Assembly (NCBI GenBank): GCA_963662665.2
Contig: CAXXJS010000040.1
Location: 352,001-416,000 of the forward strand
From: Candidatus Latescibacterota bacterium
GTDB lineage: Bacteria > Latescibacterota > UBA2968 > GCA-2709665
Direction of reading: 5' to 3'
DNA: 64,000 nucleotides
Positions within the stretch are counted from its first letter, which is position 1; each line of letters opens with the position of its first letter. Below, piece after piece: positions 20,064 to 30,074 of this stretch. The position numbers and the translations under genes are program-made. The notes beneath the pieces are model-generated. The model searched no databases. It worked only from the letters and a program-made list of their open reading frames with translations, and was not told the origin of the DNA.

Positions 20064-22079
20064 ATGAAAAGGACCATTCGAAGGACCGCGATGCTGCACT
20101 TTGAGAAGGCGAGCTATTCCCGGGACTACGTGAAATGGGTCGGTGAGGAGGGGTTTACGGACATCGGACTGGGGCTGAAGCCCGACGACGACAAATTCTC
20201 GGGGCAGGGATACGTCTGGGAAAAGGTGTCCCGGTTGGCGGCGTGGGCCGGGGAATTCGGGCTCGGTGTGATCGTGTTTACGGGATACATGAAATACCGT
20301 GAGACCTTCCTGCGGACCCACCCCGAACGCAGCCTGGTGTGCATCGGTGGAAGCGGTACGGCCCTGGACAGCGACAACATTGTGAGGACCCGGTGGCTGT
20401 GCCCGTTCCAACCCGAAAACAAGGCCGAGTACGTGGATCTGATTCACAAGGTGATCGGGTTGCCGTCGCTGCGGGAAATTCATCTGAACGACGAGGCGGA
20501 AATCGGATTCTCGAATGGAGACGTGGGCTGCTATTGCGACCACTGTGTTGCGGAATACGAACGCGATTCCGGCGAACCGCCGCCCCGGGAGGTCGATTGG
20601 GCATCTCCGGCCTGGTGGCGGTGGGTGCAGCACCGGATGGAGGCATGGACCGCCGTTCACGCCTATTTTCGCGAGGAAATCAAGAAGGTGCGGCCCGACG
20701 TCGTCGTGGGCATACAGCATTCGCCGAAGGTGGTGACCTTTAACGACAACCCCTGGCTGTCCGGCATCGATCTGTCGCGCGACGCGGAGGCGATGGACGT
20801 ACTGTGCACCGACCCGTACCACCACATTCACTATTCCCATTTTACCTATCGTCCCATGCGCCGTATTCAGGCGGAGGCGACCCGCGCGCTGGCCGGTGCG
20901 ACCGTGGGGCGTTCCCTGTTTATCTATCCCCAGGGTTTCATGCCGCCGTCCGGAAGCCTGGAACTGACGAGCAGGGACGGTTTTATGGCGGGATCCGTTC
21001 CCTTCGCGCTGGGCGCGGAGAATATCTCGCCCTATACGTTCGATCTTTGCCAGATCATTCCGGGTTACTACGACGGGCTGAAGGAGGCCTCGCGGCTGAT
21101 TCCCTATTTTGAGAAGACCCGCCCCTATAGCGCCGCCACGTTGATCAAGCCTTCCCAGACGGAAATCTACGGGTATCCCGAGAAACGCTGGGGACGGGAG
21201 GTCCTGGCGATATGGCCGGACGTGATGAACCAGGTGGGTCTGCCCTGGCGATGGGTCTTCGACGGGCGGCTTACGGACGCGGAAGACGCGCTGAGCGGCC
21301 CGGTGATTCTGCCGGAGACCCACTGTCTGACGCGAGAACAGTGCGACGTACTGAACGCGCATGCGAAGGGTGGCAACGGATTGCTCCGGGTGGGCAGGAC
21401 GCCGTCTGGAGACTGGTCCGGCGAAGGCGCTCTTCCGCCGCCTTCCGGCGCCGAGGCGGGGCTCTCGGAATTGACGCCGGTCGTCTCCGGTCACCCGCTG
21501 CTCGAGGGTATCGATACGCCAATAATGCTGGGATCGGCATTCCTGGAACCGGGCCTGGAGGGAGAAACGATTGCCGAAATTGACGGTCGTCCGGCGCTCA
21601 TTGGGCACGAGTCCTCGGGCGGTCGGGAGGTCTGGCTGGCTGGAACGCCCCTGTTCAACTACGTGGAACCCGGCGATCACGGAGCGGTCCGGACGCCCAC
21701 GGGCGGGATGACGCTGCTGAGGAACGCGCTGTCCTGGTTGTCCGCGGAAGCGCCCGCGGCCAGGCTCTGGCCCTATCCCCCCAGGAACGACTATGGAGAC
21801 CTGCGCCCGTGGGACAGGCGGGACGTGCCGACGATGGAGATGTTTCCGATGCTCGGTGACGGGTGTCTCGTCTGCCTGATTTTCAACTATCTCGGTCTTG
21901 CATACGAGACCAATCTGGAGATGCGGGTACCCGAAGGTACGGCGGCCACGACGCTGGTGGATATTTTCTCCGGCGAGGATATGATGGTCTCGGCGGCGGT
22001 TGACGGGCAGATCGTCCGGATGCCCGTCAAGATGCCCGGCGACCGGGAATTCCTGGCGGTTGAACTACAATGGGAGTAA
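20064..22079 (+). CDS. GH42-like TIM-barrel glycoside-hydrolase-related protein with trimerisation-like domain (copy 1)
   Basis: WLCP, LNDEA, Zn-type CYCDHC, TDPY; close paralog at 46109-48124. Confidence 0.7.
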   Translation: MKRTIRRTAMLHFEKASYSRDYVKWVGEEGFTDIGLGLKPDDDKFSGQGYVWEKVSRLAAWAGEFGLGVIVFTGYMKYRETFLRTHPERSLVCIGGSGTALDSDNIVRTRWLCPFQPENKAEYVDLIHKVIGLPSLREIHLNDEAEIGFSNGDVGCYCDHCVAEYERDSGEPPPREVDWASPAWWRWVQHRMEAWTAVHAYFREEIKKVRPDVVVGIQHSPKVVTFNDNPWLSGIDLSRDAEAMDVLCTDPYHHIHYSHFTYRPMRRIQAEATRALAGATVGRSLFIYPQGFMPPSGSLELTSRDGFMAGSVPFALGAENISPYTFDLCQIIPGYYDGLKEASRLIPYFEKTRPYSAATLIKPSQTEIYGYPEKRWGREVLAIWPDVMNQVGLPWRWVFDGRLTDAEDALSGPVILPETHCLTREQCDVLNAHAKGGNGLLRVGRTPSGDWSGEGALPPPSGAEAGLSELTPVVSGHPLLEGIDTPIMLGSAFLEPGLEGETIAEIDGRPALIGHESSGGREVWLAGTPLFNYVEPGDHGAVRTPTGGMTLLRNALSWLSAEAPAARLWPYPPRNDYGDLRPWDRRDVPTMEMFPMLGDGCLVCLIFNYLGLAYETNLEMRVPEGTAATTLVDIFSGEDMMVSAAVDGQIVRMPVKMPGDREFLAVELQWE

Positions 22080-22102
22080 CGGTTCCGCAGATGCGTGACA
22101 AG

Positions 22103-22126
22103 GTAGCGCAAACTGGCAGTTTGCGG
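22103..22126. repeat. REP-like palindrome, family A
   Basis: GTAGCGCAAACTG-G-CAGTTTGCGG, intergenic; related copies at 33500 and 38985. Confidence 0.75.
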
Positions 22127-22169
22127 CGAAGTCTTACTGTAAGCCCCAAAACCATGGAGGAACCGAGCG

Positions 22170-23015
22170 ATGTCCGAACGAGCCGACGCGCATATTCATC
22201 TGTTCGAGGGAGGCTACCAGGAATCCTTTATGAAGCGGCTGGGCGGGCCAGTGGATGAAGCCGTCGTCTACGCATCGCTGGCGAGGGACCACGGGGTGAA
22301 GGCCGCGCTTATCGTCGGATACGCGGACGTTCCGTGGGCCGCGGAGAATACAGGATATCTGACACAGATGGCAAAACAGTACGACTGGGTCCATCCCGCT
22401 GCCTATTTCGATGCGGCCGAACCGCCGACGACGGACGAGTTGACGCGATTGCAGGCAGACGGATTCGTAGGCGTGAGCTTTTACATATTCGGACAGGAAC
22501 GCGTGGACGCGCTCCTGCGCATATCGGACGAGGTCTGGAACTGGCTGGTCTCGAAGCGCTGGCTCGTAAGTGTCAATTCAAAGGGGGACGACTGGAATGC
22601 CTGGCAGGAGGTCCTCACGCGCCATCCTGAGTTGCGCCTCGTCGTGTCCCATCTGGGCCTGCCGCCGAAGCAGGCGGAAGCGCCCGGCGCTGACGGGGCG
22701 AGGTCCGCGATGGCCAGCGTACTGGCGCTTGCCGGGTTTCCGAAGACGCAGGTGAAGCTGAGCGGATTTTACGCATTGACCGATCCGGGCCACGACTATC
22801 CGCACCGCGCGGCCTGGCCGTACGTGGAGGCGTTGCTGGACGCCTACGGCGTTGAACGGCTGCTCTGGGCGTCGGATTATTCGCCCTGCCTGGACTGCCT
22901 GACGTTTCCGCAGACGTACGACCTGTTTTCGAAGATGCCGTTCCTGAACGACGCGGGCCGGGAGCGGATCGAAGGGGCCAATCTTCTGGCATTGCTCGAC
23001 GAGGTCAAAGGGTAA
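22170..23015 (+). CDS. Amidohydrolase family protein (sugar-lactonase-like)
   Basis: DAHIH, VVSHLG, VKLSG, LLWASDY. Confidence 0.87.
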   Translation: MSERADAHIHLFEGGYQESFMKRLGGPVDEAVVYASLARDHGVKAALIVGYADVPWAAENTGYLTQMAKQYDWVHPAAYFDAAEPPTTDELTRLQADGFVGVSFYIFGQERVDALLRISDEVWNWLVSKRWLVSVNSKGDDWNAWQEVLTRHPELRLVVSHLGLPPKQAEAPGADGARSAMASVLALAGFPKTQVKLSGFYALTDPGHDYPHRAAWPYVEALLDAYGVERLLWASDYSPCLDCLTFPQTYDLFSKMPFLNDAGRERIEGANLLALLDEVKG

Positions 23016-23093
23016 GCCGAGCTTCATGTTGGGAAGTTTACAGAAACGGCGAATTTGCCGGCGGATTCCGAACACAGCCCCGGAGGTCTTGAA

Positions 23094-24086
23094 ATGGGAA
23101 AACTGGGCGTTGGTATTGTGGGCATCGGACACGCGGGACGGGAACACTTCACGGCGTTTGAAGAGAATCCCGATGCCCGGGTACTGGCGGTCTGGGCGCC
23201 AAGCGTACGCAGACTGGACCTGTTCCCCGGCACGATGGACCTGTTTGCCCCCTCCTTCGAGTCGATGCTGGAACGGGACGATATCGATATCATTTCCCTG
23301 TGCAGCCCCAACTACGCGCACGCTGAACAGGCGGTGGCCGCGCTGGCAGCGGATAAACACGTGATCTGCGAGAAACCTCTGGCGACCACGCTGGAAGACT
23401 GCGAACGGATCGTGCGGATGGCCGACACGAAACCATCGCTCAAATTCATGGTGGGGCAAAGCGCCAGGTTCAATCCGATATGCAAGACCATAAAGCGCTT
23501 GTACGAAGAGGGAGAACTGGGAGAGGCCTTCTTCGCGGAGGCGGACTATCTGCACAACATCGGGAATCGGATCAAGGACTGGTGGGTCGACGACAGGAAT
23601 CCGCACTTCGGACTGATGGGCGGCGGCGTCCACCCAATCGATCTCCTGCGATGGATCGTGGGAGATATCGACGAAGTATTCGCGATTTCCAACCAAAAGG
23701 TACTCACCGAATTCCCCCACGACGACGCGTACCTGATGAATTTCAGGTTCGAGAACGGGTGCTTGGGAAAGATGGCCGCATTTTTGGGATGCCAGCGTCC
23801 ATACGAACTGAACCTGGCCATATATGGCACAAGAGGCACCGCGATCAACGACAGGTTGTACCTCAGCAAAGTCGAGGAACTGGAGGACTTTATCCGGCTG
23901 CCGATTACGATACTTGCCGAGCACCCCACGTTCGGGGAAGAAATGGCGCATTTCGTGGATTGTATTCTGAACGACAAAGCGCCGATGATCGACGTGCGGG
24001 ACGGCGCGAAATCCGCTGCCACCTGTATAGCGGGCGCGGAGTCCATCGAGAGCGGAAAACCCGTCCACGTGAAAAATGCGTTTTGA
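23094..24086 (+). CDS. Gfo/Idh/MocA family oxidoreductase
   Basis: VGIVGIGHAG, HVICEKPLA, GGVHPIDL; GGAGG RBS. Confidence 0.9.
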   Translation: MGKLGVGIVGIGHAGREHFTAFEENPDARVLAVWAPSVRRLDLFPGTMDLFAPSFESMLERDDIDIISLCSPNYAHAEQAVAALAADKHVICEKPLATTLEDCERIVRMADTKPSLKFMVGQSARFNPICKTIKRLYEEGELGEAFFAEADYLHNIGNRIKDWWVDDRNPHFGLMGGGVHPIDLLRWIVGDIDEVFAISNQKVLTEFPHDDAYLMNFRFENGCLGKMAAFLGCQRPYELNLAIYGTRGTAINDRLYLSKVEELEDFIRLPITILAEHPTFGEEMAHFVDCILNDKAPMIDVRDGAKSAATCIAGAESIESGKPVHVKNAF

Positions 24087-24111
24087 TTTTCGTTTGCTTC
24101 AGGAGAATGTG

Positions 24112-24909
24112 ATGAAGTTATCGCTGTCCGGTCGACTGATTGAGATGACAAGACACACCTATGCGATGACCGTGGAGGAATTCCTTGCGCTTACGGTACG
24201 CGCGGGCTACGAGGCGGTACATCTGAGGGACGGGCAGATCGATCACCTCATCAGGGAAGAACTCTTCGATGAGGTCGAAGCCCTCTATGCCGGACACGGG
24301 CTCGGCTGCAGCATGCTCTGGGGACGGCTGGATTCGGCTTCGTTCGACGCGGACCTGACCCGGAAGAAACTTGCATTGCTGCCTCGCGTCGGACTGGATC
24401 AGCTGATGATCGGGTATCCCACGGATATCGAGTTGATCCGTGAATGGTGCGACCTGGCGGCCCGGCAGGATATCACGCTCGTCATTGCCTGTCACGTCAA
24501 CAGCATATTCGAGGATATCATCCGCGCACGCGATTTCATCAGAAAGGTCGACCGCCCGAACCTCGGGCTGAACGTCGATCCGTTGAATATACACATGGCC
24601 GGGCAGGACTGCGGCCTGTCCACCCTCGAACAGGTGAAAGACCTGTTGTGCATTGTCAACGTACAGGGCGGCGTGTTGCACCAGGGCGATCAGACCATTC
24701 GCCGTTATTACCTGAAATCCACGCCAACGTTCCGCAGGGTGTACCTGTGCGACGAGGACCATCTCGACGTCCCTCAGTTCATATCGAACCTGAAAGCCAT
24801 CGGATATGAGGGTTACGTCAACGTTCTTGAGCCGTATGCGAAGGACGAAGACCTCTCTCGCGTGGCGTTGGAAACGGCGCGCTTGCTGAAGGGGTATATC
24901 GACGGATAA
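24112..24909 (+). CDS. Xylose-isomerase-like TIM barrel (sugar phosphate isomerase/epimerase family)
   Basis: AGYEAVHL, VDRPNLGLNVDPLN, LKAIGYEGYVNVLE; AGGAG RBS. Confidence 0.78.
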   Translation: MKLSLSGRLIEMTRHTYAMTVEEFLALTVRAGYEAVHLRDGQIDHLIREELFDEVEALYAGHGLGCSMLWGRLDSASFDADLTRKKLALLPRVGLDQLMIGYPTDIELIREWCDLAARQDITLVIACHVNSIFEDIIRARDFIRKVDRPNLGLNVDPLNIHMAGQDCGLSTLEQVKDLLCIVNVQGGVLHQGDQTIRRYYLKSTPTFRRVYLCDEDHLDVPQFISNLKAIGYEGYVNVLEPYAKDEDLSRVALETARLLKGYIDG

Positions 24910-25193
24910 CGACGTCGGCCGGCTCCCGATATTGTCAGCGAAGCGGCAGGCGCGAAATTCCGCCCGAAGCAGAGACACGAAAAAACACCGGAACTGTTAA
25001 CTGTTTGTGACACAGACGCGACATCAATGTAACACAGTTTCATTATTCATTAAATCCTGGCGCGGCATCGGATCATGCCCGGGCGCACGTCTCCGCACAC
25101 TGCCAGGCAGGCGGCACAACCGCTCCCTCTCCGGGACCCGCACGTTCCGTAAATTTCCAATGGATTTTCTTTCGATCCCGGGCGGAAAAACTC

Positions 25194-25221
25194 TTGACAA
25201 AGCTAATATCATATATAAATT
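25194..25221 (+). promoter_or_regulatory. Sigma70-like promoter of the GntR gene, very short leader
   Basis: TTGACA at 25194, then TATAAA/TAAATT at 25214-25221; the ATG follows at 25231 with no SD sequence. Confidence 0.55.
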
Positions 25222-25230
25222 GCGTACATT

Positions 25231-25995
25231 ATGGCAGGAATGACGCTATCCGTCAATTTGGAGGAATTGAAACCGGTTTCCAGGGAAACCCTGGCAGACC
25301 AGGTTGTAACAATTCTCAGACGATACATTCTGGTTGAAAAGCTGAAAAGAGGCGACAGGCTTCCGCCCGAACGGATCCTGGCCGCCAATCTGGGCGTCAG
25401 CTACCGGGTCATCCGCGAGGCGCTGGCCGTGCTCGTCGGCAAAGGCACCATATCAAGAAAGCAGGGGCGCGGCACATTTGTCAGAAACGTGGACACCGGC
25501 CATATCCAGAGCGGCCATCTCGATTTGTTTCCATCCATCTCCAGCCGCGCGGACATATACGCGTTGCGCGTTTCCGTCGAGATGGCGGCGGCCGGTATGG
25601 CGGCCGAGAATGCGACGGACAAAGACCTCGCGCATCTCAACGACATTGCCGACTTCAATGCGTCGGACCGCGACCAGGGGATGATGGCGTATGAAATCCG
25701 CTTTCATCGCGCTCTGTTGCGGGCAACGCATAACCCCACGCTGCAGCGGTTTGCCGACCTGATTGCCGAGGCATTGCGCCTCAAGGCATACGACATAAAT
25801 ATCCCGGTTTTCGGTGAGCGGCCGGCTGCCCAGAGTTCCGGCAGGGTCGCTATTTCGGAACATCGGCACATCGTCGATGCGCTTACGGAACGAGACGGCG
25901 CGAAGGCAACGGCAATCATGTACAAACAAATGGCCAGCGTCCGCACGCTGATCCACGCCCTGCAGGGAAAAAACGGTCACACGGACCATCAATAG
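25231..25995 (+). CDS. GntR/FadR family transcriptional regulator
   Basis: GDRLPPERILAANLGVSYRVIREAL..QGRGTFV wHTH, followed by an FCD-type domain (FHRAL, EHRHIVDAL). Confidence 0.92.
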   Translation: MAGMTLSVNLEELKPVSRETLADQVVTILRRYILVEKLKRGDRLPPERILAANLGVSYRVIREALAVLVGKGTISRKQGRGTFVRNVDTGHIQSGHLDLFPSISSRADIYALRVSVEMAAAGMAAENATDKDLAHLNDIADFNASDRDQGMMAYEIRFHRALLRATHNPTLQRFADLIAEALRLKAYDINIPVFGERPAAQSSGRVAISEHRHIVDALTERDGAKATAIMYKQMASVRTLIHALQGKNGHTDHQ

Positions 25996-26144
25996 AACGC
26001 CAGGAATCCGAAAATACGCATTGACTACGGATAACCATACATAAGGAGGTGATGCGCCGGGAATATTGACGGTACGTTTAACAATAAGGCACCGGAGTGT
26101 CCGGATGTCGTTCGTGACATCTGAATAATGTAAGGAGGTTGTAT

Positions 26145-26861
26145 ATGCGTAACGGTGTGTTGGTATGTATGGCAGCGGCATTGCTGTTGCTCTCGGCGGG
26201 AACGGTCTACGGCGGCGGTGTGGCCGGAAGTTGGGGCCTGGGTACGTTCCTGGATTACAACCGGTCCATCTTCAAGCTGAAGAACTGGTATGAAACCGGC
26301 CGGGGGCAGGCCGGCGTGGTGTTCACCTACGTGATGGGTCCGCGGACCAGCGTGGAAATGGAATTTCACCGCTCCATATTCGAGAACGGAGCACTCGAAG
26401 ACACCCCGTTTACCTGGCCCATAGACGGCAGGGACTATACGTCACCCAACGCCGTTAGCGAGATGCGTATCAGCAGCTTTCTCGTAAACGCGGTGGTCAG
26501 ACGCGGGAACAGGGGCATCCTGGTCAAAGAAAGCTATTCCACCTACGTGACCGTCGGCGCGGGATTCTACGACTACAAGACGGACGTAAGCGGCCTGATC
26601 TTTCCGGGGCAGCGCGAAGCCCCTATAGACAAAGAGCTGGTGATCGAGCCGTTCAGCGATTCGCGCACGGCGCTGGGCGCCAACGTGGGTGTGGGCGTGG
26701 AGGCGTTTGTGTTCGATAACATTTCGCTGGACGTGCGCGCGCGGTACAATCTCCTGCTGGGCGAGTTGAGGCCCATGGAAGCGTGGGGCCTCGAGGGCCA
26801 GACCTTTCCAATGCAGTTCGTGAACGCGCGCGGAGGCATCCGGTTTTACTTCAAGAAATAG
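26145..26861 (+). CDS. Outer-membrane beta-barrel protein
   Basis: Signal peptide, amphipathic strands (YVTVGAGFY, LGANVGVGVE, SLDVRARY), C-terminal IRFYF; AAGGAGG RBS. Confidence 0.8.
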   Translation: MRNGVLVCMAAALLLLSAGTVYGGGVAGSWGLGTFLDYNRSIFKLKNWYETGRGQAGVVFTYVMGPRTSVEMEFHRSIFENGALEDTPFTWPIDGRDYTSPNAVSEMRISSFLVNAVVRRGNRGILVKESYSTYVTVGAGFYDYKTDVSGLIFPGQREAPIDKELVIEPFSDSRTALGANVGVGVEAFVFDNISLDVRARYNLLLGELRPMEAWGLEGQTFPMQFVNARGGIRFYFKK

Positions 26862-26939
26862 CGATGAAGGCGTGAAGGCTTGTTGGATCTCGGTTGGAAT
26901 GTCTTGCAAGTGTAACAAACGCCGCCAAAAGGAGGAACC

Positions 26940-29900
26940 ATGAGCAGGCTCAGGTTTTTGACGGGCGCTTCGGTCGTGTTGATTGCCGTGTGCTTTGCCG
27001 CCAGCACGGTCATGGCAGCGACAACCGGCAAAATCGTCGGTCGCGTGACCGACGAGAAGGGGGAACCCCTGCCGGGGGCGAGCGTGGCGATAGAGGAAGC
27101 CCGGCTGGGTGGTACCACCGATGCCGACGGATTCTACGTGATCGTCTCGGTAACGCCCGGCCAGTACAAGCTAACGGCATCGATGGTGGGGTTTCACTCG
27201 GTAGTCCAGGAACAGGTGGGCGTACGGGTGGACTTCACCACAACGGTCAACTTTCAACTTCGTGAAACCGAATTGGAACTGGAAGATATGGTGGTGGTCG
27301 CCGAGAGACCGCCGGTCGATCCCGACAAGACGGACAGCCGTTACGTCGTGACCGCCGAGGAGATCGAGCGAACGCCCATTCTGAGAAATGTCACCGAGGT
27401 CCTGGAGCTTGAGCCGGGCTATGCCGTTGACGGCAGCGGCGCGATCCGGGGTTGGGTGGCAAGCCACAACGTCGTCTACGTCGACGGCGTACCCGTTTCC
27501 GGCAGGGACGGGCGCGGCATCGGCGGCGGATGGGGCGACGGCGGCGAGAGACAGTGGTACGGCGTCAACCTCAAGGCGGTGCAGGAGGTCTCGGTCATCA
27601 CGGGCGGTATGAACGCCGAGTACGGAAACGCGCAGGCCGGCGTCATCCAGATTGTAACGCGCGACGGCGGCGCGCAATATCACGGCGAGGCGGAGTATCG
27701 TCTCACCCCTGCCGGAAAGAAACACTGGGGCGCGAACGCCTACGAAGCGCCGGAACTGCGCGGAAACGCGAGGTGGAACGACCCGTCCTGGACGTCCGAG
27801 GTGGACCCGGAGACGGGTAATCTGGTCCACCCGCGTACGAATTATACGGACTGGCGGGGTCACTACCTGGATGGGTTTCTGAGCGGCCCGTTGTTCGGGA
27901 ACTCGTCATTCTTCGCCAGCGCCCGGCACCTGCGTGACGCCGCCGTGCTTCCCGGCCCGTGGCGAACCCGGCCGGCGAACCTGAGGACCACGGCAAAGCT
28001 GACGGTCCCGGCGGGGTCGAACATGAAGCTGCGGATCGGATGGATGTACGACTTCGCGGAAGGCATCAACAACGGACGGCTGTCCAGGTACAGCTTCCCG
28101 AACGTACTCCGGGGACCGGGACGCGACCTCTTCATTCCCGATGGTTCGGTCGCGGGCGAGGAAAAGCAGACGGACAACATGATCTATGGCGTGATCACCC
28201 ATACCATCAGCCCCCGCACGTTCTACGAAGTGAGCGTATCGCGCTACGGAAGCCGAACGGACACCAGCGGCGTGGGGAATAAAACCACGGCCGTCAGGAC
28301 CGACAGCGAAGGGTATTTCTACATCGGCCGGGAAGACGTCTGGGCATTCAAGGTCGGCGAACAGAACCGTTTCAGCCTGAAGGCCGACCTGTCCAGCCAG
28401 ATGACCCGGGGCCACTTCGCCAAGACCGGCTTTGATTTCATGACGTTCGAGAACTGGTGGACCTGGACCGGCATGACGCCCGGTGACGCGAAGCGGGATA
28501 TTCGCTACATCGGACAGCCCGAACCCGGCGAGGCCGTGACGCCCAGGCAGTTCGGCGCCTACGTCCAGGACAAGATGGAGTTCGAGGGGCTGATCGTCAA
28601 CGTCGGCCTGCGCTACGACCGCTTGTGGGGTCAGGACGTACAGCTGCTGCCGTCGTTCACGTCGGGCTGGTACAACGCGATGGATACGTTCATCCAGGCG
28701 CCCACGGGGCCCATGCGGACCATTCAGGGTTGGAGCCCCAGGTTGGGTATCTCACACCCCATCACGGCCAGGTCCAGCATGCATTTCTTTTACGGCCGAT
28801 ACATGATGATCCCCTCCTTCCGGCAACAGTTCGGCAGCCACTGGGAGACGGCTTCAGGACCGCAGGGCATTCCGGGCGTCCCGTGGAGTCATTTCAACGC
28901 GAAAGACGAAAGCTACGGCGCCAACGTCATCAGCCCGGTCTGGGACCACGGTCACCCCACGAACAGTTTCGAAGTGGGCACAGACTGGAACTTCGTAAGC
29001 GATTATGTCTTCTCTCTGGCGGCGTTCTACAAGAGCGGCCACCTGCAGAGTACCGGCATCTGGCACGACGCCGTCGATCCTGTCACGGGCAGGACGGGCG
29101 CCATCGGGGGCACGTACGGTTCCGAGCGCACGGAAGACGTCAAGGGGTTCGAGTTCAGTATGAGGAAGGGCTTCAGCAACTATTTCGCATTCCGCGCCGC
29201 CATGAACCTGGAGTGGCTGGAAGCCATCCACTGGCTGGGCGACCTCGAGTCGGTTGCCAGCGTCCTGGTCTATCCGGACCGGAGTTTCATCGCCAGCGGC
29301 AAGTACCACAAGGAATGGCGCGCCGCGGGCGGTCGACGGGAACCTGTTCCGCTTACCGCCAGCGAGATCCAGGCGCTTGGCGACAAGGCGGAAGAGAACC
29401 TGCAAACGGTCCGGGATAATCCTGAGGCCTTTCTCACCAGCGGCGGCGCCGGACCGGTTCAGCCGGCGTGGGAAGTCGAGGGGCTGACGGACGAAGCGAG
29501 GCAATATCTTCAGGGCATCTGGTTTCAGAAGCTCTGGTTCAGTACCGGCAATATCTTCACGCGCGGGCGCCGCAGCCAGGGCAGTCTTCAGATGTTCTTC
29601 TCCACCCCGCTCGACTTCGGTCCGGGCGCAAGGTACGCGGGCGTCACGCTGTTTGGCGGCATCAACGCCAACCTGATCTACCGGATCTACACGGGCAGCA
29701 AGTTCAATTACATCAAGCTGACCGGAGCCAACACGCCGACGAGAGGGCCGTTGCATACGGAAGCCGACCTGAACCTGCAGAAGCACTTCCGCTTCGGGAA
29801 TCTGAACGCCGATGTGTTCGTGGAAGTGTTCAACCTCTTCAACCAGCAGGACGCGGCGAGCGTCACCGGTACGGACTACATGTGGTGGGGGCTCCAGCAG

Positions 29901-30008
29901 CCCAGGCCCGACGACGCGACTTACCTCAATTACGGGGACGTTTCAGACCGATCCCGCTACATAGGCAATCCCCGGATTACGCACGTGGGAATCAGGTTGA
30001 GCTTCTGA
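26940..30008 (+). CDS. TonB-dependent receptor with N-terminal carboxypeptidase-regulatory-like domain
   Basis: Signal peptide; TTGKIVGRVTD..GEPLPGASV; plug motif EVSVITGGMNAEYGNAQAGVI; YVQDKMEF; VNVGLRYD; C-terminal IRLSF. Confidence 0.92.
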   Translation: MSRLRFLTGASVVLIAVCFAASTVMAATTGKIVGRVTDEKGEPLPGASVAIEEARLGGTTDADGFYVIVSVTPGQYKLTASMVGFHSVVQEQVGVRVDFTTTVNFQLRETELELEDMVVVAERPPVDPDKTDSRYVVTAEEIERTPILRNVTEVLELEPGYAVDGSGAIRGWVASHNVVYVDGVPVSGRDGRGIGGGWGDGGERQWYGVNLKAVQEVSVITGGMNAEYGNAQAGVIQIVTRDGGAQYHGEAEYRLTPAGKKHWGANAYEAPELRGNARWNDPSWTSEVDPETGNLVHPRTNYTDWRGHYLDGFLSGPLFGNSSFFASARHLRDAAVLPGPWRTRPANLRTTAKLTVPAGSNMKLRIGWMYDFAEGINNGRLSRYSFPNVLRGPGRDLFIPDGSVAGEEKQTDNMIYGVITHTISPRTFYEVSVSRYGSRTDTSGVGNKTTAVRTDSEGYFYIGREDVWAFKVGEQNRFSLKADLSSQMTRGHFAKTGFDFMTFENWWTWTGMTPGDAKRDIRYIGQPEPGEAVTPRQFGAYVQDKMEFEGLIVNVGLRYDRLWGQDVQLLPSFTSGWYNAMDTFIQAPTGPMRTIQGWSPRLGISHPITARSSMHFFYGRYMMIPSFRQQFGSHWETASGPQGIPGVPWSHFNAKDESYGANVISPVWDHGHPTNSFEVGTDWNFVSDYVFSLAAFYKSGHLQSTGIWHDAVDPVTGRTGAIGGTYGSERTEDVKGFEFSMRKGFSNYFAFRAAMNLEWLEAIHWLGDLESVASVLVYPDRSFIASGKYHKEWRAAGGRREPVPLTASEIQALGDKAEENLQTVRDNPEAFLTSGGAGPVQPAWEVEGLTDEARQYLQGIWFQKLWFSTGNIFTRGRRSQGSLQMFFSTPLDFGPGARYAGVTLFGGINANLIYRIYTGSKFNYIKLTGANTPTRGPLHTEADLNLQKHFRFGNLNADVFVEVFNLFNQQDAASVTGTDYMWWGLQQPRPDDATYLNYGDVSDRSRYIGNPRITHVGIRLSF

Positions 30009-30074
30009 CGTGGGTGAGCCCCTCCGGAGACGGAGGGACAGAACCCCGTTGGCATCTTTGAGGAGATTAAGGTG

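Noticed and set aside
19950-21680. 576-aa minus-strand ORF and a similar 601-aa ORF at 45497-47302
   Set aside because: They resemble each other only because they are antisense to the two real paralogs.
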